From assembly GCF_018350175.1 (NCBI RefSeq), contig NC_058368.1, positions 230,146,001-230,210,000 on the forward strand: 64,000 nucleotides of DNA, written 5' to 3'. Position numbers and translations under genes: made by a program. Numbering within the stretch: position 1 is the first letter of the stretch; each line of letters starts with the position of its first letter. The notes beneath the pieces were generated by a model. It saw only the letters and a list, made by a program, of their open reading frames with translations. It was not told the origin of the DNA and did no database searches. Of this stretch, positions 1-13,799 are shown one piece after another. Origin of the DNA: Felis catus. Its lineage: Eukaryota.

Positions 1-216
1 TGGGGGAGGGCGGAATGCACCATGTGCCGCTTTGCCACACCCCTGAACCCATGTGGCACTGCCCTTGTGCCAACAAGGAAGGAGGAATCCCTTCCCCACT
101 CAAAAACTCAGTTCCTTTTCTGCCTGTGGTGGATGGAGGTAGGACATTCACTTCTTTGAGTGAATCCCCAGCCTACTCTACAAGGTACACTCTGGACCCT
201 GTAGCCTGAAGGAGAG

Positions 217-582
217 TGTCTCAGTCCATTTGGGGCTGCTTCAGCAAAGCCACACAGTCTGTGTAACTTATCCAAAACAGAGATTCATTTCTCACAGTTC
301 TGAAGGCTCAGAGTCCAAGAGCAGAGAGCCATCATGGTTGGGTTTTGGTGAGAGACCTCTTCCTGCTTCTTAGCTGGCCAACTTCTTGTTTCATTTGCAT
401 GGCAAAGAGAGGGGGAATGAGCACCCCGGGGTCTCTTTATAAGAGACCTAATCCCGTTTAGGATGGCTCCACCCTCATGGTTTAATTCACCTCTCAAAGG
501 CCCCACCTCCTACTACCATCACCCTGGGGATTGAGATTTCAACATATGAATCTGGGAGAGACATAAATATCCAGTCCTTGCA
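217..582 (-). mobile_element. MLT1A/B-like solo LTR (ERVL-MaLR)
   Basis: Reverse of the MLT1 consensus: tgtctcagtccatttggggctgct...ttctcacagttctg...aggccccacctcc...tttcaacatatgaat. Homologous to the copies at 44640 and 52597. Confidence 0.85.
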
Positions 583-2639
583 AAGACCATCGCAATACAC
601 AGAAGTATTTTTTCCATTTGGCTTATTTTTGGCTTAACCTCATGAAGCTCCTACCATCTAATGTAGGTTATGTGGACCAAACTCAGTCCAATTTCTAGCC
701 ATCGTTTAATTAGAGTTCAGGAGAGGGCCAGGCCACCCCTGGTACCTAATCACTGCCTACCCCAACCCAGATTTTTTGAGAACTGTTCAGAGCAATTGTG
801 GACATCTCTTAAACACAGGCATAGAACACTTTCATCCTCTGCATAGGCATCATCCAACTAAAAACACATCCAATTCATTTTACTACACAACATTTAAAGT
901 CTTGGGCTGGAGCACCTGCAGAGTTCCTACCTGCCTACCACCTGCATGACTGAAAGGGCTCCCCGCGGTGATGTCCCCTTCAAAACGGGACACCCACCAC
1001 AAGGTCAGATTCCATGTGTCAGTCAGTATAAAATGCAGGACCCACTTAAGACAGTGCCCTCTTAGGTTCACATATTTGGAGACCCTTTCCCCAGCAGAAC
1101 CCCCGTGATGATCAGCTCGGGAGATTAGTCAGTCACAGAAGGAAAATGTCTGCAATTTCCAAAGGTGTTCCATGTGTGTCACTACATGAATCAGATGTTT
1201 GGGGGTTCTGGAACAATTGCCAGGGTACAAAATAAGCAGCTCTATTCCAGCTCGAAATGCAGCTGTTTAGATGGAATCAAGCTCTTCATTTTTCAGGTAG
1301 TCGTTCCACAAACATTGGAGTGCTGACGAGTCTGTGCTGGGATTTTAATAACAGGAAAAGATAATGCGTAATGAGGTGAAGAATATTGAAATAATGGTGT
1401 GCAACAAAGCATAGTGAGAGGAGCAGGAGGGTAGGAGAGTAGGAGAGCAGGAGGGTAGGGAGATGGCTTTAAAAGACTGTTGTGTGAAGTGAGTGTTGCA
1501 AAGTCACATTTCTCTGGCAGCACTAAGCAGACTTGATGGTATGTTGGTATCCAGAAAGAGAATGACTAGACATGGAGAGTCTACACGAAACACATATGTG
1601 TGTATCCATCTACTTTCATCGTGTTGAATGTTTTCTGAACCCTAGACACAAATGATAGACCCTTCTTCTGCAAGGATCTCTTTTTAATGAGACTTTTGAC
1701 ACCACTTTTCTTCATGGCTTTTGGTAAACAAATAATCTGAGCATTGCTTTTTTTTTTTCCTTTTTTTCTTTTTTCTTCTCAGAGTGGCTTTCTAACCTGA
1801 TTGTCCTTGGTTGTATATGAAAGGGACACTGTTCCCAAACACCAGGCTATTGATTTTCTCACCAGAGACTTCTATCAGGTTAACAGACTCCAGGCATCTG
1901 TTAGGGAAAGAATACCAAGTTCTGGGAGAGAATTTGGTCTCTGGAAACTTAGTCTGACGTAGTTTGCTTGTTCTGTGAATGTGGAGGCAAAAGCGGCTAC
2001 ATCCAAAGGAAGAATCCAATCAAACTGCCAGGTGCACCATTTCTAGACTACGTATCCAAAGGGCTTACACGGAGAGAAAGAAACTATCACAAACCCGGTA
2101 GGACTGAGAGTCATAAGACAGCAAATGCTCCAAGTAGAGAAATGGAGGGACATGGAATAATTCTCTAGTCGGCACTGCTACAGGACATTTGCCCATAACA
2201 GGAAAACATGAATAATCTAGCACAAAGAGAGCCTAAGTCGAACGCATTGGAAGTGTGATCTTGATTTTTCAACAAAAGGTTTATTTAAATTATAATAAGT
2301 GTATAATACATAATAAATTAGCCAGTGTTGGCTAACAACCCTGGGGAGTATCTCCTGCCACACGTTTTGCAACACATTTCAAAATACCATTCCTCATAAT
2401 CACATTAATGTAGAGTAGAATACAGTCATACGTTTGTTCATTGATTTTTTGAACCCATCCACCACTGTGTTAAGTAAAATCAAGATAAGTAAAATCTGCA
2501 ATGAGCATGCAGTTTATTAGAAGATATAGATATATCTGTATAGCTATGTATGTCTTCATATAGATATTTTTATATATGAAGCAAAACATGCTTATTAAAC
2601 ATGGAAAAATACATCTTTTATGATAATTTTGAGGAAATG

Positions 2640-4170
2640 TCATGCATGGAAAGATGGAGAACAAAGCTCTTAATTCCAAAAAGGTTCTTAGGGAGAACAT
2701 CAGGAATGTGATGCATCTTGAAACACAGGTAGGACTTTCATGGTCAGAAATGGAAGCAAAATCTATTCTGCACCAAGGGAATGCCATGACTGGAGTACCC
2801 GAAATGTGGGAAGGTGCCACATGCAGGGCCTCAAAGGTGCCTGTCTGCACCTGGGTGAGGTCAGATCTTTCAGCGCTCAGAAGCCTGGATGTGATTCCTC
2901 AGTGAGTAAAGAGCCACTGAGAATTTCTGAGCCATTTAAAGACATTATTATATAAGAACATAATTGGCAACCATTAAGGGTGTTTTAGAAGCAAAGGGAA
3001 ACTATTACAGGCCAGTAGTCTACGAGGCAGTCCATGTACAATATCCCAGTGAGGGGTCAACCGCAGAGGTACAGATGAAAGATGGTGAAGGGCCGAAGTA
3101 GGTCGGTGACTATGTGAAAATAAGGAACACAGCTTAGCTTTAAGATTTAGTTTTTAGATATCGGGCAGGAAGGTGGGAAGGATTTGGCAACTGATTGGAG
3201 GTGAGGATTGTTAAGGAAGTGGAAAATGACTCAGGAATTGATTGCTGGTCTCAGTAACTAAAGTGGTAGTAATTTTGTTACTGAAGTAGGGTACAAAAGA
3301 GGAGAAATACTTTTTGAATTTAAGGTAATGGATTAAGTTTTGGACAAATTTGAAGTGACATCAGTAAGGTGGGATCTAACAAACAGTTAAACAGAGCTAC
3401 CATTTATGGAGGATTTACTTTTGTCCTGGGCATTTTGCTAAGCCCTTGACATGCATCGTATTATTTATAACCTATTGTTTTTCATTTTTTCCCATCTATG
3501 ACATTTTATTATCACTTCTGGATCCTAGATAATAGAAAAGGGTCTTAGTTGACTCTTTCCCTGAGCCATACAGCTTGCTAACATTGGAGCCACTCTATTG
3601 GCCACTGCCCTATGCTAGCCCCAAGTATGTGGATTTGGAGCCTAGGGAGAAGTCAGGGCTAACAGCGTAGAATTGGAAGTTAACCATTTACTCACAGCCT
3701 TTGTTGAACCCCTGCAAGTGGCCATCTGTGGTGCTCTGAGCTGGGCACACCCAGATACCACTGGGGCAGCCCTAGAAGTGTGAGTTGAAGTAAGAGGCGT
3801 GAATCAAAGACTTATCCAAAGAAGAGGATAAAGCAAAGGATCCCGGTAAGTTGGGCAATGAAGACATCACTGAAGAGGAGGGAAAATAGATAGTAAGGAA
3901 AATCAGAGGAAAACCCAATACAGAAAGCACAGGCAGCAAGGGAAACTGGTGGGTGTCTGTTAGTACTCCAGAAAATAATCTGATGAAAGAAGATTGTGAG
4001 AAGCTGTTGAGTGTTAATTTTGGGGGTGTTCATGCTCATGGACTCCAGCCTAGAGTGACTTTTTTGAGGGGCTGTGAAGTGCAAATGTGGAGACGCAGTA
4101 GACTAATATACTTAAGAATTTGAGGCTTGAACAACAAGAAAACAGGTACAGGAGGATGGCTAAAGGAAGA
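2640..4170 (-). mobile_element. L2 LINE fragment, highly diverged, interrupted by a MIR
   Basis: Purine-rich antisense L2 motifs (gagccactga, ggatttggcaactgattgg, aagttttggacaaattt, tgtggatttggagcctagggagaagtcagggct). Confidence 0.6.
3390..3620 (-). mobile_element. MIR SINE fragment
   Basis: agctaccatttatggaggatttacttttgtcctgggcattttgctaagc...cagcttgctaa matches the reverse MIR pattern. Confidence 0.6.
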
Positions 4171-4729
4171 AATAAATTGAGAAGAGGATTTTGTTTTGTT
4201 TTCTGCCTCAGGCTTTTGTTTTGTTTTGTTTTGCTTTTGTTTTCCGACTCTGCAACCTGAGGGAAGGAGACAGTAGGGCAAGGGAAGCACTCTATTCTTA
4301 CAAAGTCAGCGATGGGGGGTAGATGGGGGGTCAGGCAATTGAAAAAGCTAGGTCACACAGAAAATCCTAAAGATGACACATGCAAACATTAAACATTTTA
4401 TTTTAACTAAACCATGTAAGTGTTAATTTCTTGGCTAACTTTTTGCTGAGAAACTGGACCTTCACTTCACATGTGGGCCTGCTTTGCATTTCTTCACCTC
4501 GCATCCTGTAGAAATTGCACCCCTAATACAGCATCTGCCCCTCCAGTTCTGCTTTCTTTAAAGAGAAGGAGACTTAGAGTTATTACTTGAACACAGAGAC
4601 TTTCTTGATTGTTTTTTTTTTAATTCTTTCCACCTGCCATTTTCTTTCTCATAAGTAATTCAACAGATTTTGGTAAGACTCTTCCAGAGCATTAGACCCA
4701 GTTTTTACTAAAACATTAACTCCCCTGCA

Positions 4730-7636
4730 GAAGAGTTAATGCTTATTCTTCTCAAGATATTCCAAAAAATAGAAGAGGAATAAAAACACCCAAATTCATT
4801 CTATGAGACCAGTACCACCCTGATACCAAAACCAGATAAAGACACCACAAAAAAAGAGAAGTATCACTATCTCTGATAAACTAGATGCAAAAATCCTCAA
4901 CAAAATACTAGCAAACTGAATCCAGCAATACATTTGAAAAAGTCAATTACCACAATCAAGTGGGATTTATTCCCAGAGTCGTTCAGTATTCCCAAATCAG
5001 TCGAAGTGATACATCACATCCATAAGAGAAAGGATAAAAACTATATGATCATTTCAATAGATGCGGGAAAAGCACTTGACAAAGTAAAACATCATGATAA
5101 ACATCATTGATAACGATGATAAAATATCATTCATGCTAAAAACCTTGACAAAGTAGATTTAGAGGAAACATACCCTAACATAATAAAAGACATATGAAAA
5201 CCATACAATGCACGTCATACTGAATGGTGAAAAACTGAGAGCTTTTCCCCTAAGGTCAGGAATGAGACAAGGATGTCCACTCTCACCACTTCTATTCAAC
5301 ATAATATTGGAAGTCATAGCCACAGCAGTCAGACAACAAAAAAGAAATACAAAGCATCCAGATTGGTAAAGAAGAAGTAAAACTTTCATTATTTGCAGGT
5401 GACATGATACTATATATAGAAAACTCAAAAAAGATTTCACCAAAAAACTGCTAGAGCCGATATGTGGATTCAGTTAAGTCTCGACACAGAATCAGTGCAC
5501 ACAGGAATATGTTTCATTACTACACACTAATTATGAAGCAGCAGAAAGAAAACTTAAGGAAACAATTCCATTTATGACTGCACCAAAAACGATAGTGTAC
5601 CTAGAAATAAAATTAACCCAAGAGGTGAAAGACCTGTACTCTGAAAACTACAAAATGTTGATGGAAGAAATTGAAGGAAAACAAACAAACAAACAAACAA
5701 ATGGAAAGACATTCCATGCTCACAGATTCGAAGAAAAAATATTGTTAAAATATCTATACTACCAGGGTGCCTAGGGGCTCAATTAGTTAAGCATCTAGTT
5801 CTTGATTTTAGCTCGGGTCAGGATCTCATCATTTCTGAGTTTGAGCCCCATATCAAGCTCTGTTGACAGCATGGAGCCTGCTTGGACTTCTCTCTCCTCC
5901 TGTCTCTCTGTCTCTCTGTCTCTCTCTCTCAAAAACAAATAAACTTTAAAAATAAATAAATAAAATGTCTCTACTACCAAAAGCAATCTACACATTTAAT
6001 GCAATTTCTATCAAAATACCAACAGCATTTTTCACAGAACTATAACAAACAATCCTAAAATGTGTATGGAACCACAGAAGGCCCCAAATAGCCAAAGCAA
6101 TTTTGAAAAACAAAACTGGAGGTATCACAATTCCAGACTTCAAGTTATACTACAAAGCTGTAATAATCAAAACAGTATGGTTTGGGCACAAAAATAGACA
6201 CATAGATCAATAGAACAGAATAGAAAACCTAGAAATAAACCTACAGTTATATGGCCAATTAATTCTTGACAAAGTAGGCAAAAATATACAACGGGAAAAA
6301 GTCTTGTCAATGAATGATGTTGGGAAAACTGGACAGCAGCATACAGAAGAGTGAAACTGGACCACTTTCTTACACCATCCATAAAAATAAGTTCAAAATG
6401 AATTAAAGAACTAAATGTGAGACCTGAAACCACAAAACTCCTAGAAGAGAGCACAGGCAGTGATGTTCCTGACACCAACGATAGCAACATTTTTCTAGAT
6501 ATGTCTCCCAAGGCAAGGGAAACAAAATCAAAAATAAACCATTGGGACTACATCAAAATAAAAATGTATCCATGGTGAAGGAAACAATCAACAAAGCTAA
6601 AAGGACCCTGGGACCGGGGAGAAGATATTTGCAAATGACCTATTCAATAAAGGGTTAGTATCCAAAATACAGAAAGAACTAATGCAACTCAACACCCAAA
6701 AACCAAATAATCCAAATAAAAAATGTGCAGAAGACTTGAACAGACATTTTTCCAAAGAAGACATCCAGATGCCCAACCATTAAAAGATATCCAGCATCAC
6801 TCATCATTAGGGAAAAATCAAAACTAGAATGAGATATCACCTCACACTGCTTAGAATGGCTAAAATAAAACACACAAGAAACAAGTATTGGTGAGGATGT
6901 AGAGAAATAAGAACCCTCACACACTGTTGGTGGGAATGCAAACTGGTGCAGCCACTGTGGAAAATGGTATGGAGTTTTCCTCAAAAAGTGAAAAATAGAA
7001 CCATCCTATGATCCAGTAATTACACTACTGGGTATTTTCCCCAAAATAATACAAAAACACTAATTCAGAGGGATACATGCAACCCTATGTTTATTGCAGC
7101 ATCGGTTACAATAGCCAAATTATGAAAGCAGCCCAAACATCCATGAATAAATAAATGGATAAAGAAGATGTGGTATTCATATTCAATGGAATATCACTCA
7201 GCCATAAAAAATAACGAAATCTTGCCCTTTGCAATGCCATGGATGGAGTTAGTGAGCATAATGTTAAACAAAACAAGTCAGTCAGAGAAGGATAAATACC
7301 ATATGATTTCACTTATATGTGAAATTTAAGAAACAAAACAAATGAGCAAAGGGAAAAAAACAAAACAAAACAGAGAGGAAAGTAAACCAAGAAACAGACT
7401 CTTAAGTATAGAGGACAAACTGATGGTTACTAGAGGAGCCAAGGGTCAGGGGTGGGGTGGGGAACGGGTGAAATGGGTGATGGAGATTAAGAGTACACTT
7501 ATCATGATGAGTGCTGAGTAATGTATAGAATTGTTGTATTACTATGTTGTACACCTAAAACTAATAGAACACTGTATGTTAACCAGGCAAAATTAAAAAA
7601 TGAATTAAAAAATAAATAACATGTAAAGGGAAAAAA
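4730..7636 (+). mobile_element. 5'-truncated carnivore L1: degenerate ORF2 (RT and C-terminus), 3'UTR and A-rich tail
   Basis: Encodes [13 protein letters not shown] at ~5266-5304 and LFAGDMI (catalytic FADD mutated) at ~5389. Has multiple stops and frameshifts, a G-rich 3'UTR tract at ~7443-7478 and an A-rich end. Confidence 0.95.
5765..5961 (+). mobile_element. CAN-SINE inserted into the L1
   Basis: gggtgcctagggg head, CT tract, A tail. 18-bp TSD aaaatatctatactacca (5747-5764) / aaaatgtctctactacca (5962-5979). Confidence 0.93.
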
Positions 7637-10600
7637 TGGCTGTATTGACTCTGTTATGAGGACAGTGAGAGTCCACAGGATAGAAGTAGCAGTCTGGTAC
7701 TGGAAAGGTATCCAGAGCTCCTGTCTGGAAAATTCCTAAGAAATTACCTTCTTGCAAGTCAGTGGGGGATGAACAATGTAGGGGAGGAGGGTCTGCAGCA
7801 ACAACGAAGACAACAGAGAAAGCACAGCGTTTCCTGATGAAGTTCCAGGACCAGAACCTTGACCAAAGTACTCCAGAGCAAGGGCAATCGGGAGAAAATA
7901 ACGCCTGATGATTTCAGGAGAAGAGAGCTACCGGGTCACCAGTATGTAAAAACAAGGGTGGGCACATTGATGGGCACGACGAAGATGACAAAGAGGCTGA
8001 GGACATGGGCCAGGAGGGTGATGATGTGAACTGATCTCATGGCGGCCTCAGAAGGAGCAGTCACAAATGGGTACAATGTCACCCAACTTGCCAGTCACCA
8101 TCTTTGGCCCCATCAGACCCAACGATACCAAAAGGGAGTTCATTAGTCAGAAACAGTTGATAAATGACACATTCAGGAAAATCTGTTATGAATTATAGTT
8201 CCTAGTGATTGTCAAAGTTCAACCCAAACTGTGATGACGATATTTCGAATAACATCATTGCACAAGGTCTCCTCTTCTATCAAAAATAGAGTTTAATGTG
8301 GATGAAAACTGCTATCGGGGTGGCGAACTTAAAGGTTTTTTGGGTTGTTTTTTTAAGTTATCTGAATTATTGAGAGCAAACAAATCAGTCATGGATGACA
8401 CTGGTAGTTGTCTCTCTTCTTGTTGACAAATCTAGATTTTCTTCAGATGTTTACCCATCCAGATGCTCATGGAAAGTAGTAAACCCCAATGGGTTTATGG
8501 GTTTAATACAATTATAGTAGTTCTATTTCTCCTTAATCTCTGGGGTGGGAAGGAGTTTTGGAAAGAGTGTTCTTGTTAATACCAAGAAGATCACTAGAGG
8601 ACAGTCTCTTCATTGTCCAAACATTGTGTATCTACACAGAGATGCCTGCAACTGAGGCAGCCATCTGGTAAACAAGAGAATAGAGGCCTAAAAACCAAGT
8701 TTATATACTCAACATAACATGCTAAAATTCCATCTTTTAGAGCCTGGACCCTGAATGATGGTATTTGTGAGATGGAGAATCCTTCTGGAACTGTCTCAGC
8801 TTTAATAATATTAATAACACGATTATATTCTTATTGTCTTGGTCATCATTATAATTGTCTCAGGTAATAAAAGAGCAAAACACTGAAAAAAACTCAACTC
8901 CCTTTACTAAGAAATATTCCACCAGTTTATAGGATGACTCAAGCCGGAGGCAGGAAACAGGCTAAGGTGCTCATGGTGGCAGAGTGGAGGGAGATGGGAG
9001 AGAAGGCATTCTTTGGACTACAGGGTGAAAAGAAGATGTGGACCCTGAGGAGGAGAGCTGGGTCATTTTGAAAGGAGGCCCACTCGAGAGATCTGCCAGG
9101 GGCTGGACACCTCAGTGAAGAAGGCTTCAGGGACACTGTCAGATGCTAATGCTGGGCTCGGGGTGGATCTTAGTGGGGGAACAGCAGGGAGATGTTGCCC
9201 AGGTCCTGCGTCCAGGCAGTGGCCATCCGATGTCCCTGGGGAACACCTCTCCCTCAGTCAGAGTCAGCTGCCAACAGCCATCCCCCCTAGGAGAGCATCA
9301 GGAAGGAGTGTCATACTACTCCTCAAGTCAGAGCCTCCCCTCTGCAGCTCACCCCTTCCCACCCTCATGGACCCCGAAGGGCTGGGAGGCCCCCAGTTTG
9401 AGGTGTGGAAGGAAAGAGATGCAAGGCAAAGACATCAAAGAGAAGTCAAATACAGCTCAGTTTACCGGAGTCTTCTCCCCAGCTGAAGCCGGGACTTGAT
9501 GACGTTTGATATATATGTAGGAATTTAGGCTCTTTAAAGAGACAGGACATTTTAACTAGTGAAATTATCTTGCCTTTATGATTCATAGTGACCAAAGGAC
9601 TTCCAAAGTCATGATCTGTGTAATCAACGTAAGAATAATTAGAAGAGGAAGACCACAGAGGAGGAGGGATAAGGGGAGGGGAAGGGGTGGGTGGGGGAAA
9701 GAGGTGTCCTGCCAAGGATTTCATCCAAGAAGTAGATAAGAGGGTAGGGGCGCAATGTGAAAGTCAAACGCTCCATTTGCACTCTTTGTAGTTATCTGAC
9801 TCGCATGTAAAAGTTACAAATAGTACCGAAAATTTTAGCCCAGCTTCCAGAGACTATTATAAATATAATGGTTCTTTTGCATTGTCATTCATAGCTATTG
9901 TGCTTTGATAATTATCTTTTAGGATGAGGTAATAGTAAAGTCATTTAAATGGAAATACTGATGTAATTCAGGCAGGTTTTTTTTCTTTTTCTTTTTTTTT
10001 TCCCCCTCAGTGAGCGATTTCCATGTTGCACTAATCTCAGTGGTAACTGCTCCCAAGATCAGAGACTGGAATAGGAGCTAAAGAGAGAATTACTTAGGTT
10101 TACATATTTTGTCTTCCCTCCTGTTCATTAGAACATCCTTATTTATCCCAAAACAGTCATGAAAAGACATGTACGAGGCAGAGTGGAGGCTGCAAGCATT
10201 ATTTCTCTTTCTGTTATTTTCTTTTCTGTTATTTTTCGTTCTGTAAACTGGCTTATCCACGCTTGCACCCTCCAGAAAGGAAAAATAATGCCCAATCCAA
10301 CTGCAGAATCCATTGTTTGAGATCTTCAACTGTCTCTGGCTTGCCTAGAGTTTGGGTGAATGCTTTGTGTGTTTTCACCTTCATGACTACAACAGTCTTT
10401 GTGTGAGGCCAATAAATCTGCACAGACCAGTTGCTTTTGAGTGCAAACAATATCATAAGTTGTAGGTATCTCCTTCTGCTATTTGAATCCCTAACAGAGA
10501 TGTATTTTTATTTTCTTATTTTTGAAAGCATATTACCACATGGTTGATGACTTATGAAATTCACCAAAAATAAAAGCTGAGAGCAAAAATTTAAAGTAAT

Positions 10601-11850
10601 AATATGAAAACCTCAAAGAAGTCACCCACGACGTTTGGGGCCACCTAGACAATTAATTGATCTTTCAATTGAGTTAGTATTCCCAAGCTAAGTGGAATAA
10701 TAGCCCAAAAGAAGTAAAGAGCTTATACTCACCTTTTATCAGAGTGGTAGATACCAAGAAACTGAGACCTGCAAGTCTTAATTAACAGGAAAATATGGTC
10801 TTACCTTGTTCAGACACTTGATAGCACAGGAGTTATGATAAATTATACCCATATGCATATGCAGGCTGTCTTTGTGTGATTGCTGGAGGGACAGATGGCA
10901 GTCTGAAGATGCCGAGGGCACAGATGCAAACTGACCCCCATGAAGTCATCAGTACTCCCTCGCTGCAATTTTAGCCGTATTTCTGTCACTGTATACAGTT
11001 TCGTTCATTGATACTGGTTCTAATGTGAACGGAATAATCTAGCTGACAAATTTTCATACGGTGACAATGGACATTACGAAAACTTCCAGTAGAACTCAGA
11101 TTTGATGTCAGAGTACAAAGCATACATTTAGGCCTTTGCATTTCAGTAGTCTCTTCATTTTATTTCCATGGTGTGAAATGCCCTTCGCCTCCATTTCTGA
11201 CCATAAAATTTCTACCTGTATTTCAATGTTCTCTCTTTCATGATGTTTTCTTTATCACACTTTTTTGGGGATTGGAGCTTTCTTCATTTTCCCATGAATA
11301 TAGGGTGGAGGAGAACACAGTGGAAGGGTTTCAGGAGTTGGCAAGAGTGGAAGGCAGATTTAGTCAAGAGGTTGTACGAAGCCCTCCCTATGAGGATAAG
11401 GGTCTATTTGCTGATGGGGGCTCAGAGTTCCTGGGCTTTTTGTGCTGAATAATGTCAACGGGGAGGTTATCCTAAAGGGTTTTTGGGACAGATAGTGGTG
11501 GGGAGGCAGGCGGTGCTGGTGGGGAGGGTGTGGAAAGCAAGGATGGAAGTTCTTGTGTGTGAGTGTGTGTCTGTCTTATTGTATACACACATAATTTATT
11601 TATACACTATGTCTCTTATTTATAAGTAATTCTCAGACACACATGGTTTTTGGAAATTAGCATGGAGCCAAGCAGTTAGCCTAGTCATTGCTTAGACTTC
11701 ACAACCAGCACAGCTGATATTAAGTCCCCACACCTGTCTTCCATCTCCCAACTCAAAGCAAACATCAGCTAGAGTTAATTGTGCATTATAGGTTTTATAG
11801 GATTCCGTTCCTTAGTTCCTTTGAAGAAAAATATCAGTTGGTTCAGCACC

Positions 11851-11978
11851 GAGAGAAGAGAAGAGAAGAGAAGAGAAGAGAAGAGAAGAGAAGAGAAGAG
11901 AAGAGAAGAGAAGAGAAAAAAGAAAAGAAAAGAAAAGAAAAGAAAAGAAAAGAAAAGAAAAGAGAAAAGAAAAGAAAC
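11851..11978 (+). repeat. Compound pentanucleotide microsatellite (AGAAG)n-(AAAAG)n
   Basis: Directly visible. Confidence 0.97.
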
Positions 11979-13799
11979 AAAAATGGCCAGTACCTAAAAG
12001 CCTGGCTCATGGTAGCTACATAATATTTGTTGAATTGGATTAAACTTAATGAGTATAACAGTGACTTTCAAATTATGTTATAAGGCCCTCTCAGTGCTTA
12101 GAGACAGGGCTTCAGTAACTTCTGGTTTTGGCAAGTGGGTAGTCCTTGGTCAGATAAGAGACTTAGCTGTCACTCTTCATTGGCCCCAGGTGGGAGCTCT
12201 CGCCAGGACCACACAGAGCTCTGAAGTGTCATTCTCATTCTGGGCCAGTAGGGGTTCTATCTGGAGAGAATCCATCCTGGAGGCTCCCACGGTGTCCTTG
12301 GAGCAGCTGAAGCTCTGGGGCTTCCCCTCAGCTCTCAGGAATGGGTTGAAGAAGGGTTCTAAGAAGCACATCTGTTGAGGACAAGAGCTTTACCTTTTCA
12401 TTCTTTTCTCTAGGGTTGGCTGAGCTTGTAACCATAGGGATTTCACAACTTTTTAATGGAAGAATGAATGATAAGGTAACCCCTGTCTTCCTTAAGTGAC
12501 CGCTAGAGCAGTCTCCTCTTTCTAGGAGTATCAAAATAGGCTTGAGAGGCACACAAAGTTCAGGGGAAAAAAAGAAAGAAAAAGAGAATTCAATAAAAAA
12601 AATGCTACAGGGCAGTTGTTGATTACAAATTATGAGGCACTGATGGTGGACATGCCTATGTTCTGACTAGTGTGATTCTCACATCAGGGTTCATTGGGTT
12701 TTGTCTGTATAAGTAATAATAATCATCTTTAGTTGTCTCCCAGTAGCTAATTTGGATTCGAGCTGAGAGAGTACCAAAAAAATTAATTCTGTTTATGTTC
12801 TTCAGATAAAATCATCATCCACTCCGAGATTCGTAACACCACATACTTCATAGCCTGGTGTTCAGTACAAATTTTCGAATATGTACCTATTAGAGTAACA
12901 ACCTCTGGTCAATATGTACAATGACAGACTGGTGATGATTACACGGCATATTCATTTTCCCTCCAACCATACGATGTGAAATTGAGATTCTTATGTCACC
13001 TTCCTAAGCTATTAGATTTTGAGTGTTCAGCTTTTTGACTGGCTTTTTTTTTTTGTTATTGTTGTTTGTTTGTTTTTGACTAACAGTGTTTGAGTACCAG
13101 ATAAGACCAAAATTCCTTAGAAGATGAAATTGCCTGTGGCAATGAATAGGGAAAAGAATTTTCATTCCGTTGCCAATACAGAGAATATCTTGGTTTATGT
13201 TGTGATGGGTTGTAGAGGGTTTGTATACCATAATCCAGAAATTGATTATATATTTTAATGACTGATGCACTGTTATTTTGAGTGATAAATTGAGATTTAT
13301 TTCAATTCAGCTTCAACCAATATTTAGGACTTTGCCATTTGTTAGGGATTGTGCCAGATGCTTCCATGCATATTGTCTAGGTGCAGGATTTAGAATATAC
13401 TGTATAACAGTCTACCTACTATTTAGAAAAGGAACAAATGCTGGAAAATCAAAGTCTCTTTATCAAAACAGTCTTGCTTCTTAGAAGAGAAATAAATCAG
13501 TGAAATAATGGAACAGCTCGTATTACAGAAGAGACGAGGGGAGGTTGGATTGAAAGATAAAAATATGCCTTCCATTGATTCCACTCTCCATGGAATGAGG
13601 GGATTTTCACAGACTCTTACTCTCTTTTTAAGACATATTCTTAAAGATCACCTATCTGGGATATTCTGATTTTAGGGCATCATAAGACAGAGGCTCAAAT
13701 TATCAAATTCATTGATAGTATAAGGGAATTACTGTCCAAACCCAGAATGCGAAAAAAGTTTTTTCTTTAAGAAAAAAAAAATTTAAAAAAAAAACTCCT

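Noticed and set aside
5159..7312. Several 65-115 aa ORFs on both strands
   Set aside because: These are sense and antisense fragments of the degenerate L1, not host genes.
10030..10052. taatctcagtggtaactg resembles mature miR-216a
   Set aside because: The match needs an indel and mismatches, and I see no complementary arm to form a precursor.
11779..12023. Lys/Arg/Glu-rich ORFs (EKRREEKRR)
   Set aside because: They are translations of the pentanucleotide microsatellite.
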